NCBI GenBank assembly: GCA_944359095.1
Contig: CALVSS010000001.1
Span: 1-52,332 of the forward strand
Origin: an uncultured Bacilli bacterium
GTDB taxonomy: Bacteria; Bacillota_I; Bacilli_A; RF39; UBA660
DNA length: 52,332 bases
Direction of reading: 5' to 3'
The position numbers were made by a program, and so were the translations under genes. Of this stretch, positions 10,299-17,971 are shown piece after piece. The notes under the pieces are model-generated. The model worked only from the letters and a program-made list of their open reading frames with translations, searched no databases and was not told the origin of the DNA. Positions within the stretch are counted from its first letter, which is position 1, and the number at the start of each line of letters is the position of its first letter.

Positions 10299-10872
10299 AA
10301 TAGATGTGTTTCAAGTAGAACTTGGTTATATTAAAGATGAGGTAATTAATAAAGATTGTCGTACTATGATAGAATTGTTGCCAGATTATTTTTTTGAAAT
10401 TCCTGCTTCTTCTACAGGTAAGTATCATCCTAGTTATTCGTTAGGCGAGGGTGGACTTCTTCGTCATACAAAAGCTGCTGTCCGTATTGGTTATGAATTA
10501 CTTCAAAATCCATTAATTGGTAGTAAATATACAGATAAAGAAAAAGATATTATGCTAATGGGACTTTTACTTCATGATGGTATTAAACTTGGTATTCCTA
10601 AAGAGCGATATACTAGGTTTGATCATCCTATCTTAATGGCTAATTATATAAAAGAACATAGATCTTCTTTAGATATGAGTGATGAAGAGGTGGAATTATT
10701 ATGTTCTGTTATTCGTTCTCATATGGGACCTTGGACTAAGGATTATAATGGAGAAGAAGTTTTAGAAGCACCAAAGACAAAATATCAACATTTTGTTCAT
10801 ATGTGTGATTTTTTAGCTAGTCGTAAATTTTTATTAGTTCCTTTTGATAAAGATAATAATATAAGTGCTTAG
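10291..10872 (+). CDS. HD-domain phosphohydrolase
   Basis: LLHDGIK HD motif with additional H/D residues (RHTKAA, RSHMGPW). ATG 10291 lies 7 nt after GGAGGTG. The 43 upstream codons of track ORF 10162 overlap hemW out of frame. Confidence 0.7.
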   Translation: MNKIDVFQVELGYIKDEVINKDCRTMIELLPDYFFEIPASSTGKYHPSYSLGEGGLLRHTKAAVRIGYELLQNPLIGSKYTDKEKDIMLMGLLLHDGIKLGIPKERYTRFDHPILMANYIKEHRSSLDMSDEEVELLCSVIRSHMGPWTKDYNGEEVLEAPKTKYQHFVHMCDFLASRKFLLVPFDKDNNISA

Positions 10873-10887
10873 ACACTTATTTTTTTG
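10861..10887 (+). terminator. rho-independent terminator
   Basis: ATAAGTG (10861-10867) pairs with CACTTAT (10874-10880) and is followed by T7. The stop codon lies in the loop. Confidence 0.75.
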
Positions 10888-10949
10888 TTGCTGGAACAGT
10901 AAATTTTTGATATGATATAGGAGAATGTAATATAGAAGGAAGATGAATT

Positions 10950-11618
10950 ATGGGAAAAATTATTGTTATCGAAGGTACGGATTGTTCAGGAAAAGAAACA
11001 CAGTCTACTTTATTAGAAAAAAAATTAACTGCTATGGGAAAAAAATGCATTCATTTTGCTTTCCCTATGTATGATACACCTACTGGTAAAATTATAGGTG
11101 GCCCTTATTTAGGAAATCCTTCTATTTCTAAAGGTTATTTTCCAGAGGGTGCTGATAAAGTAGATCCTCATATTGCTTCTTTATATTATGCAGCAGATAG
11201 AAAATATAATATGAGTAAAATACTACCTTATTTAAAAGATGATTATTATGTTATTTTAGATCGTTATACTACTTCTAATTTAGCTCATCAGGGTAGTAAG
11301 ATTCATGATAAAGATGAAAGATTTTTAATGTATCAATGGATTGATAAACTTGAATATTGGTTATTGCAATTACCTAAACCAGATCATACAATTTTTTTAC
11401 ATATGCCATATCAATATTCTTTAGAATTAAAGAAAAATAGAAAGTTTCTTGATGAACATGAGCGTTCTTGCGAACATTTGAAAAATGCGGAAGAGAGTTA
11501 TATTGAACTTTCTGAATTATATAATTGGAAAAGAATTGAATGTGTGAAAGATGGCCATATTCGAGATATTGAGGATATTAATCAGGAAATCGTAAATTAT
11601 ATTTTAAGTTTAAAATAA
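10950..11618 (+). CDS. tmk: thymidylate (dTMP) kinase family protein
   Basis: IVIEGTDCSGKETQ P-loop and DRYTTSNLAHQ (DRY-type block). The P-loop has Cys where Gly is usual and there is an insertion after it, so this is an atypical family member. Confidence 0.65.
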   Translation: MGKIIVIEGTDCSGKETQSTLLEKKLTAMGKKCIHFAFPMYDTPTGKIIGGPYLGNPSISKGYFPEGADKVDPHIASLYYAADRKYNMSKILPYLKDDYYVILDRYTTSNLAHQGSKIHDKDERFLMYQWIDKLEYWLLQLPKPDHTIFLHMPYQYSLELKKNRKFLDEHERSCEHLKNAEESYIELSELYNWKRIECVKDGHIRDIEDINQEIVNYILSLK

Positions 11619-11649
11619 AAGAACAGTTTTTCTCACTGTTCTTTTTTTT
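11617..11649. terminator. bidirectional terminator between convergent tmk and ATPase genes
   Basis: 11-bp perfect stem AAAAGAACAGT (11617-11627) / ACTGTTCTTTT (11635-11645), with T-runs on both strands. Confidence 0.85.
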
Positions 11650-13315
11650 AGCTTTGTTTAATTACTGGGATTATTGGTTGCTGTGGAGTTTGTGGTTGTT
11701 GCTGGGTAATTGTTGGTATTACTGGTTGTTGAGTTTGTTGTCCAGCAATAGAAACGAGTGGGGTAATAGATACTTTTGGTTGGTTATTCATTGTTTCAAT
11801 ATTTGGTTTTGTAAAAGGTGTTGGTTGTTTTTGATCTTTTTGTAAGGTATTTGTAATTTCTTCAGCCTTTTTTTGATCATTAATTGCGTTAATTTTTTCT
11901 ATAGTGTTAATTTTTGTATTTGCACTAGTTGCTTTTACAGGTGGAGTTGTATTAGAAAGTTGTTGGTTATTATTTACTGTATTATTTAAAGATACAACTT
12001 CTAAATCATTGATATTGTCATTTTGTTTCTTTTCTTGTTCTTCTAGTTCTTCTTTAATTTTTTCTTCTTTTTCTTTTTCTTGTTCTTTCATCTTTTCAGC
12101 AGTGTCATTTTCAAAGAAATCTTCGGCATCTTCAATTTCAATAACTCTTAATACTTCTTCAAAACTTGTAGTTCCATCTAATACTTTTCCTAAAGCATCT
12201 TGTAACATTGTAATTACTTTATCACTATATACTAGGTTTGATAAGTCTTCTTTATTTAAATTTTCATTATTTAAAGCACTTCTCATTTCATCGTCTAATT
12301 CTAGTACTTCTTGAATAGCAATTCTTCCTTTATAACCTTTACGACAGGAATCACAACCATCATGGTTGACATCCCATATTTTATCTACATCTTTCTTTAG
12401 ATATTTTTTAAATACTCTTTTTTCAAATTTTGTTGTTTCTCTTTCCACTCTACATTTTTTGCAAAGTCTTTTTGCTAGACGTTGAGAAATAATTCCTGTT
12501 AGGGCAGTAGATAATAGGTAACGTTCTACGTTCATATCAAGTAAACGCTCTACTGTAGATAGCGTATTATTTGTATGGATAGTTGATAATACTAAGTGTC
12601 CAGTAATAGCGGCACGTACTGCGATTTGGGCAGTTTCACTATCACGAATTTCTCCGATTAGTATAATATTAGGGTCTTGACGCAAAATAGAACGAAGGGC
12701 AGCAGCAAAAGTCATACCAATTTCTGAGTTAACTTGTACTTGGTTTAGTCCTTCGATATTCATTTCGATTGGGTCTTCTACAGTAATTATATTTGTTTCT
12801 TCTTTATTTAGAGCTTCTAGTATAGAGTATACGGTTGTTGATTTACCAGAACCTGTTGCTCCTGTGATTAAGATAATACCATTTGGTACTTGAATCATAC
12901 GTTTTAATCTTTCTAGGTTGGATAAGTTAAAGCCTAGAGAATCTAGTCCTTGTAAACTTCTGGAGTAGTCTAGAATACGAATAACTATTTTTTCTCCCTC
13001 ATTTAAAGGTAGACAAGATACACGCATGTCTAAATAAGTTCCACCAAAATTACCTTTAATTGCTCCATCTTGAGGTAGACGAGATTCAGTGATATTCATG
13101 TTTGCTAATAACTTTAATCTTGTTGTTAGATTTCTTTCATACATTTTTGGAATAAATGTAAAGTTTTGTAAATCTCCATCTACACGAATTCTTACCATCA
13201 TTCCATCTTCACGTGGATCAAAGTGGATATCTGATGCATTAGATCTAGCAGCAGATATAATAATATAGTCAGCAATTTGTGTAATTGGTGTCTTAGTAAA
13301 ATCAAATTTAATCAT
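11648..13315 (-). CDS. type II/IV secretion-family assembly ATPase (ComGA/PilB-like) with long low-complexity C-terminal tail
   Basis: Walker A GATGSGKST, Asp/His boxes (IGEIRD, STIHTNN) and a tetracysteine CKKC...CDSC. It starts directly at the N2-like domain with no N-terminal GSPII_E_N-type domain, like ComGA. Residues ~393-555 are an E/K- then Q/P/T/N-rich tail. Confidence 0.9.
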   Translation of the reverse strand: MIKFDFTKTPITQIADYIIISAARSNASDIHFDPREDGMMVRIRVDGDLQNFTFIPKMYERNLTTRLKLLANMNITESRLPQDGAIKGNFGGTYLDMRVSCLPLNEGEKIVIRILDYSRSLQGLDSLGFNLSNLERLKRMIQVPNGIILITGATGSGKSTTVYSILEALNKEETNIITVEDPIEMNIEGLNQVQVNSEIGMTFAAALRSILRQDPNIILIGEIRDSETAQIAVRAAITGHLVLSTIHTNNTLSTVERLLDMNVERYLLSTALTGIISQRLAKRLCKKCRVERETTKFEKRVFKKYLKKDVDKIWDVNHDGCDSCRKGYKGRIAIQEVLELDDEMRSALNNENLNKEDLSNLVYSDKVITMLQDALGKVLDGTTSFEEVLRVIEIEDAEDFFENDTAEKMKEQEKEKEEKIKEELEEQEKKQNDNINDLEVVSLNNTVNNNQQLSNTTPPVKATSANTKINTIEKINAINDQKKAEEITNTLQKDQKQPTPFTKPNIETMNNQPKVSITPLVSIAGQQTQQPVIPTITQQQPQTPQQPIIPVIKQS

Positions 13316-13410
13316 AGCATCATAACCCCTTTTATTTTTTACTATGGCATTTTATCTTAATTTATTATATAATATTTTTAGTATAATAGCAAGAAAGTAG
13401 AGGAGAAAAG

Positions 13411-13974
13411 ATGAAAAAAAATAATAAAGGGTTTGTTTTAGTGGAAACTTTAGTTGTTACTGTTTTTGTTATGGCTGTCTTTTCTGTTATATATATCAAT
13501 TTTTATCCGCTTGCTGGAGAATATGAGAGAAGAGAGTTTTATGATGATATTGATAGTAAATATGGAGCATATTGGATGAAAGTATTTGTGCAAAGAAGTA
13601 GCTTTAGTTTAAATACTTCTTTACTTAATAGTCAGGGATACGTTACATTTACTTGTAATAATCTTACTAATGCTGAAGATCAAAGCTTTTGTAATGCTAT
13701 GTGGGATAAATTATATGTAAATCAAGTTATTGTTACTAATTATCGTATTGGTGATGATTCTAAGAGCACGGATTTTAAACGCAAGGCTCCCACATCTTCT
13801 GCTTTAGCTAACAATCCATCTTTTTTAGCTTATATATCTTATTTACCTGATTTTGTTACTGCTTCTTTAAATGGAGCAAAATATCGTGTTTTAGTTGAAT
13901 TTAAAAGACCTAATGGTACTTTGGAGGCCGATGATTTTTATTATACTTATTCTAATATGGAGGTGATAAAATGA
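13411..13974 (+). CDS. prepilin-type (pseudo)pilin, 187 aa
   Basis: MKKNNKG|FVLVETLVV is a class III signal: G-1, F+1, E+5, then a hydrophobic helix. AGAGGAG SD. Divergent from the ATPase gene. Confidence 0.8.
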   Translation: MKKNNKGFVLVETLVVTVFVMAVFSVIYINFYPLAGEYERREFYDDIDSKYGAYWMKVFVQRSSFSLNTSLLNSQGYVTFTCNNLTNAEDQSFCNAMWDKLYVNQVIVTNYRIGDDSKSTDFKRKAPTSSALANNPSFLAYISYLPDFVTASLNGAKYRVLVEFKRPNGTLEADDFYYTYSNMEVIK

Positions 13975-14594
13975 TTCGTAAGTTAAATAATAAGGGAATG
14001 AGTGCAATTGAAATTTTAGTTACTTTTGTCCTTGTTGCTATTATTGTTGTTTCTATGTATGATGGTATTGTTGGCTTAAAAGAAAAAGAGACAATATCTT
14101 CGCATAAATTAAGCCTAGCTACTTATAAAAATTTACTTACTAAAGATATTCAAGATGATTTAATTAAAATAGGGTTAGCTGGTGCTGATATTCAACCACT
14201 TAATGTTGATGAGGGGTACTATGTTACTTTAACGTTACGTGATGGTAGTAAAAGAATTTTAGAGGTAAAGCAAGTATTTGGATGTGAAGCTTTGGATTAT
14301 GATGAAGCTCTACAAGTCTGTGGTCAACGTGGTATTGATTTAAATCAAAGTGATGAATTTTCTATTAGTTATGGACCAGAGGGTAATTTGACAGAATATC
14401 CTATTCCGGATTTAGGACATGAAGAAATTGCTAATTTCTCTGGTACTGGTACTCATACTATTTATACTCTACGTATTAATGAAGTTAATATTACGACTTC
14501 TAATCAAGTATTTTCTTTACGAATTACATTTACACATCCGGATTTAGGAACGAATTATTCTATTGATATTGCATCACCAATTAATTATCCATAG
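13971..14594 (+). CDS. prepilin-type (pseudo)pilin, 207 aa
   Basis: MIRKLNNKG|MSAIEILVTFVLV has G-1, M+1, E+5 and a hydrophobic helix. ATGA overlap with the upstream pilin and GGAGGTGA SD. Confidence 0.75.
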   Translation: MIRKLNNKGMSAIEILVTFVLVAIIVVSMYDGIVGLKEKETISSHKLSLATYKNLLTKDIQDDLIKIGLAGADIQPLNVDEGYYVTLTLRDGSKRILEVKQVFGCEALDYDEALQVCGQRGIDLNQSDEFSISYGPEGNLTEYPIPDLGHEEIANFSGTGTHTIYTLRINEVNITTSNQVFSLRITFTHPDLGTNYSIDIASPINYP

Positions 14595-15470
14595 AAATAA
14601 GAAGACTGCTATTATAGTCTGTAGTATTCTTCCAATAAAGAAATTTTTATATTGAATTTTAGTATCAGCAATGATACTTTTTGTTTGCATATGAACAGAT
14701 ATTCCACCAAAACTAATAAATAAAATAATTATTATGGCCCTTGTTATAGGATTTGTAATTAGACTTGTTAAAAAGATACCATTTGTTAAATCAAATAGTC
14801 CATTTATTAGGATGTATTCTAATAAAGGAAGTCTTATATATTGATTTATGGTAGTTACTATTAAATAGAAAAAGACGGAGGTACCGTAAATTAAAATGAT
14901 AGTTTTTAAGGATGAGGTAATGGCTTTTGGTAAAATTTTAGAAAAGTTTTGTCCTTGATGATAGGGAATAGTTATTTTATTATTTTCTTTTTTCTTAGGA
15001 TGATAAATTATTCCAATGATAAAGTTTGCTAAAATAATACTAAGTAAAATACTATGAGCAAATTTTTTTTCTTGAAATAATAAGGATACTGGTCCTAAAA
15101 TAAAAACAGGATTTGGATAGTGAGTAAATTTAATTAGATAATTAGCTTGTTCTAACGTTATAAAGTTTTTATCTAATAACTCTTTAGTATATTTACTTCC
15201 ACTTGGAAAACCACTAATTAAACTCATACAAATAATATAAAAAGTTGAGCCGTTTCTATGTAGTAATTTTGTTAATCTTTGGACTATATTATATTCTATT
15301 AATAGAGTAGAAAGTGTAAAAAATAAAAAACTTGCAGGAAAAAGTTTTTCTATAAAAAGTTTTGTATATACTAGAATTTGTTTGGTTATAAAAGATGAAT
15401 TTATTAGATATAGTAAAGTTAGACATAATAATACAACTAGAATGATATTAACTTTTTTAATTTTTTTCAT
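14574..15470 (-). CDS. ylbJ: YlbJ-like polytopic membrane protein (nucleoside-recognition/sporulation integral membrane family)
   Basis: 298 aa with multiple TM segments. Adjacent to ylbL as in Bacillus. The assignment rests on synteny and topology only. Confidence 0.5.
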   Translation of the reverse strand: MKKIKKVNIILVVLLCLTLLYLINSSFITKQILVYTKLFIEKLFPASFLFFTLSTLLIEYNIVQRLTKLLHRNGSTFYIICMSLISGFPSGSKYTKELLDKNFITLEQANYLIKFTHYPNPVFILGPVSLLFQEKKFAHSILLSIILANFIIGIIYHPKKKENNKITIPYHQGQNFSKILPKAITSSLKTIILIYGTSVFFYLIVTTINQYIRLPLLEYILINGLFDLTNGIFLTSLITNPITRAIIIILFISFGGISVHMQTKSIIADTKIQYKNFFIGRILQTIIAVFLFLWIINW

Positions 15471-15513
15471 ATTTCCTCATTTCTTTGTTATAATGTAGGG
15501 TGGAGGTAGTTAG

Positions 15514-16524
15514 ATGCTTAAGAAATTTTATGAAAAAATAATTGGTTTTATTAAAGAAGAATATAAATTTATTATATTTTTAATTATATTGATGATTATT
15601 TGTACTTGGCCTGTTAATTATTATATAGTTATTGGTGGAGGTATTAGTGATATTGGAGATAGAGTTGTTGTTGATGATGGTTATACTAGTAAGGGTAGCT
15701 TTAATTTATCTTATGTTTCGGAATTGAAAGGTACAACGCTTAGTTATCTTGTTAGTTATTTGATACCTAATTGGGAAAGGGTTAGTATGGATGATTATAA
15801 GTATACAACGGATGAAGATTATCAAGATATTGAATTTCGTAGTGAGGTTGATTTATTAACTTCTAATAGTAATGCTATTTATTATGCTTATCATCTAGCA
15901 AATAAACCTTGTAAATTAACAAGTACTGATGTCTATGTTATCGCTACTATTTCTGGGTATGAAAATCCTTTTGAAGTTGGTGATCAATTAGTTCAAATTA
16001 ATGGGACTAAGTATCAAACTTTGCAAGAATTTCAAAAGGCAATTCAAGAGGTAGACGATAAGCAAGTATCTGTTACAGTTATTCGAGATGGTAAAGAACA
16101 AGAATTAACTTGTAAACTTTATCGAGAAGATTCTAAAAAAGTTGTTGGTGTTGCTTTACAAGCAGTGAATCATTATGAAGTAAGTCCAGAAGTAGAACTT
16201 GCTTTTGAAAAGAATGAGTCTGGTCCTTCTGCTGGGATGATTACAACGTTATCTATTTATGATCAATTAACAAAAAAAGATCTTACTAAAGGAAAATTAA
16301 TTGCTGGTACTGGTACCATTGAAGCAGATGGTAGTATAGGTCAAATTGGGGAAGTTGGATATAAATTATTAGGAGCTGTTGATGGTGGGGCTGAAGTTTT
16401 TTTAGTCCCTGCTGGTGAGAATTATCAGGAATGTAAAAAGATGAAAAAAGAGAAGAAGTTAGATATTAAGTTAATTCCTGTTAAAAATATTAATGAGGCT
16501 ATCGAAAAATTAAAGAAATTATAA
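15514..16524 (+). CDS. ylbL: YlbL/SepM-type S16 (Lon-like) serine protease with PDZ domain
   Basis: N-terminal TM, central PDZ-like segment (GDQLVQINGTKY), and a Lon C-terminal catalytic block ESGPSAGMITTLSIYD...GTGTI. Confidence 0.8.
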   Translation: MLKKFYEKIIGFIKEEYKFIIFLIILMIICTWPVNYYIVIGGGISDIGDRVVVDDGYTSKGSFNLSYVSELKGTTLSYLVSYLIPNWERVSMDDYKYTTDEDYQDIEFRSEVDLLTSNSNAIYYAYHLANKPCKLTSTDVYVIATISGYENPFEVGDQLVQINGTKYQTLQEFQKAIQEVDDKQVSVTVIRDGKEQELTCKLYREDSKKVVGVALQAVNHYEVSPEVELAFEKNESGPSAGMITTLSIYDQLTKKDLTKGKLIAGTGTIEADGSIGQIGEVGYKLLGAVDGGAEVFLVPAGENYQECKKMKKEKKLDIKLIPVKNINEAIEKLKKL

Positions 16525-16539
16525 TTGGAGGTAGTTAAA

Positions 16540-16944
16540 ATGAATGAAAATGGGTTATTTATATATGGAAAGAAGTCTATGAATGAAGTTGGGGGCTTTA
16601 GTAAGTACAATCATTATCAATTAGTTGACTTAACGAAGGATTATTGTATTATGGATGCAGATCTTACTACTGATAGTTTAAATCCTTATGGGATGGCTCA
16701 CGGAGGCTTTTTATTTGGATTAGCTGATACTGCTGCTGGAGCTTTAGCTTGTGTTGATGGGAGAAAAGCTGTTACTTTAAGTTCTCATATTGAATATTTA
16801 CATCCTGTTTATGGGCAAAAAGTTAGGGCAGTTGTAAAAATATTAAAGTCTGGAAAACATATTCCTTTATATGAAGTTTCTATTTTTGATTCTAAAGGAA
16901 ATATGGATTGTAAGATAACGTTAGAATATTATTATTTAAATTAA
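16540..16944 (+). CDS. PaaI-family hotdog-fold thioesterase
   Basis: NPYGMAHGGFLFGLADTAAG is the PaaI/4HBT signature. ATG 16540 lies 7 nt after GGAGGT; the track start at 16525 is a TTG inside the SD. Confidence 0.75.
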   Translation: MNENGLFIYGKKSMNEVGGFSKYNHYQLVDLTKDYCIMDADLTTDSLNPYGMAHGGFLFGLADTAAGALACVDGRKAVTLSSHIEYLHPVYGQKVRAVVKILKSGKHIPLYEVSIFDSKGNMDCKITLEYYYLN

Positions 16945-16967
16945 TAAGAAGCTAGTCTTTTTTTTTA

Positions 16968-17080
16968 CCCATAATTTCCCATTTCTTTTACAAAATAATT
17001 ACATAATTATTGTTTATACTGGTAGCAAGAAAGGAGGATGATTGCAATTAGAAATACTTTCCCATAATTTCCCATAATTA
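16968..17080 (+). promoter_or_regulatory. two copies of a 10-bp-period tandem direct repeat (CCCATAATTT-CCCAT...), candidate OmpR-family response-regulator boxes
   Basis: CCCATAATTTCCCAT at 16968-16982 and CCCATAATTTCCCATAATTA at 17061-17080, 93 bp apart. A further CCCATAA sits at 17252-17258. TTACAT-16-TATATT (17092-17119) follows the second copy and TATACT (17015-17020) follows the first. Confidence 0.5.
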
Positions 17081-17248
17081 TTTAATAATTCTTACATATT
17101 TTTACGATATAGTTATATTGTCGAAAGGAGGAAGGTCGATAGAAAATAGAAAAATAAAGTCATAAAGTTATTTATACATAATGTTTTATATATAGAAAGG
17201 AGGATGATTGTTATAGTTGATACAATATTCTACTTATTAAAGGAGGGG
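17028..17248 (+). repeat. four over-perfect Shine-Dalgarno / STAB-SD-like elements (GAAAGGAGG x3, AAAGGAGG x1) without a proper ORF
   Basis: Identical 17-mers AGAAAGGAGGATGATTG at 17028-17044 and 17194-17210. GAAAGGAGGA at 17123-17132 and AAAGGAGGGG near 17240-17248. Where an ATG is present (three of the four elements) it abuts the SD with 0-1 nt spacing, and those frames end after 9, 20 and 5 codons. Confidence 0.6.
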
Positions 17249-17308
17249 ATGCCCATAAGGTTATAGAAGAATTCAGGGAATAGTGTTATACTATTGGTAG
17301 GTGATTAT

Positions 17309-17971
17309 ATGTATACAATTTGTTTCGTTGAGGATGAAGTTGACTTATCAAACCTTATTCGAACCTATTTAGAACGCTCTGGTTATCAGGTTATTGCTTT
17401 TACAAAGGGGCAAGATGCCATTGACTATATTGGAAATAAAGTAGATCTTTGGATACTGGATATTATGTTAGGAGATGATGTGAATGGCTATGATATAATC
17501 AAAGCTATCCGGAAGCAAGATGAAAATGTACCCGTTATTTTTACTTCCGCAAGAGATCAAGACTTAGATAAAATTTTAGGACTTGAACTTGGTAGTGATG
17601 ATTATATTACAAAACCATATTCTAGTAAGGAATTAGTTTTACGTGTTGATAAAATATTAAAAAGAGTATATAAAGATGCCAATACACAAATTATTACTTA
17701 CGAATGCTATAAAATTGATCCCGATAAACGTGTTGTTTTCGGGGAGAAAGAAAAAGAAATTAAACTTACAACTTTAGAATTTGACTTGTTACTATTATTA
17801 ATGCAAAACAAAAATAAATGTTTTTCTAGGGAAGAGATACTGAATGCTGTTTGGGGAAGTGATTATTTCGGTACAGACCGAGTAGTTGACGATTTAATTC
17901 GTAGACTTAGAAAGAAGATGCCTAAACTTAATGTGAATGCTGTTTATGGCTATGGGTATCGCTTATCATGA
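17309..17971 (+). CDS. OmpR/PhoB-family response regulator
   Basis: Receiver domain (EDE...LWILDIMLGD...TSARD...KP) plus a winged-helix C-terminus (LTTLEFDLLLLL...VYGYGYRL). ATG 17309 lies 5 nt after AGGTGA. Confidence 0.9.
   Translation: MYTICFVEDEVDLSNLIRTYLERSGYQVIAFTKGQDAIDYIGNKVDLWILDIMLGDDVNGYDIIKAIRKQDENVPVIFTSARDQDLDKILGLELGSDDYITKPYSSKELVLRVDKILKRVYKDANTQIITYECYKIDPDKRVVFGEKEKEIKLTTLEFDLLLLLMQNKNKCFSREEILNAVWGSDYFGTDRVVDDLIRRLRKKMPKLNVNAVYGYGYRLS

Noticed and set aside
11654-12314. Plus-strand track ORFs 11654..11845 and 11904..12314 (Cys/Trp/Leu- or Ser/Phe-rich translations).
   Set aside because: They are antisense shadows of the low-complexity tail of the ATPase gene on the minus strand. 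They have no SD and implausible composition.
17007-17075. Minus-strand micro-ORF MGNYGKVFLIAIILLSCYQYKQ (its ATGGGAAATTATGGG start is the reverse complement of the CCCATAATTT repeat). Also plus-strand micro-ORFs at 17038..17067 (MIAIRNTFP) and 17204..17266 (MIVIVDTIFYLLKEGMPIRL).
   Set aside because: The minus-strand ORF has no SD. The plus-strand ATGs abut the SD with essentially zero spacing. The first repeat copy gives only MGNYG-stop. I kept these as a caveat inside the regulatory-array finding rather than as gene calls.
17298-17311. 14-nt identity TAGGTGATTATATG shared by the regulator start region (17298-17311) and the glycine-rich pilin start region (51622-51635), with a near copy at the SDR start (19274-19289).
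   Set aside because: The shared string is simply an SD (AGGTGA), an AT spacer and ATG. It is most likely convergent translation-initiation context rather than a repeat element.
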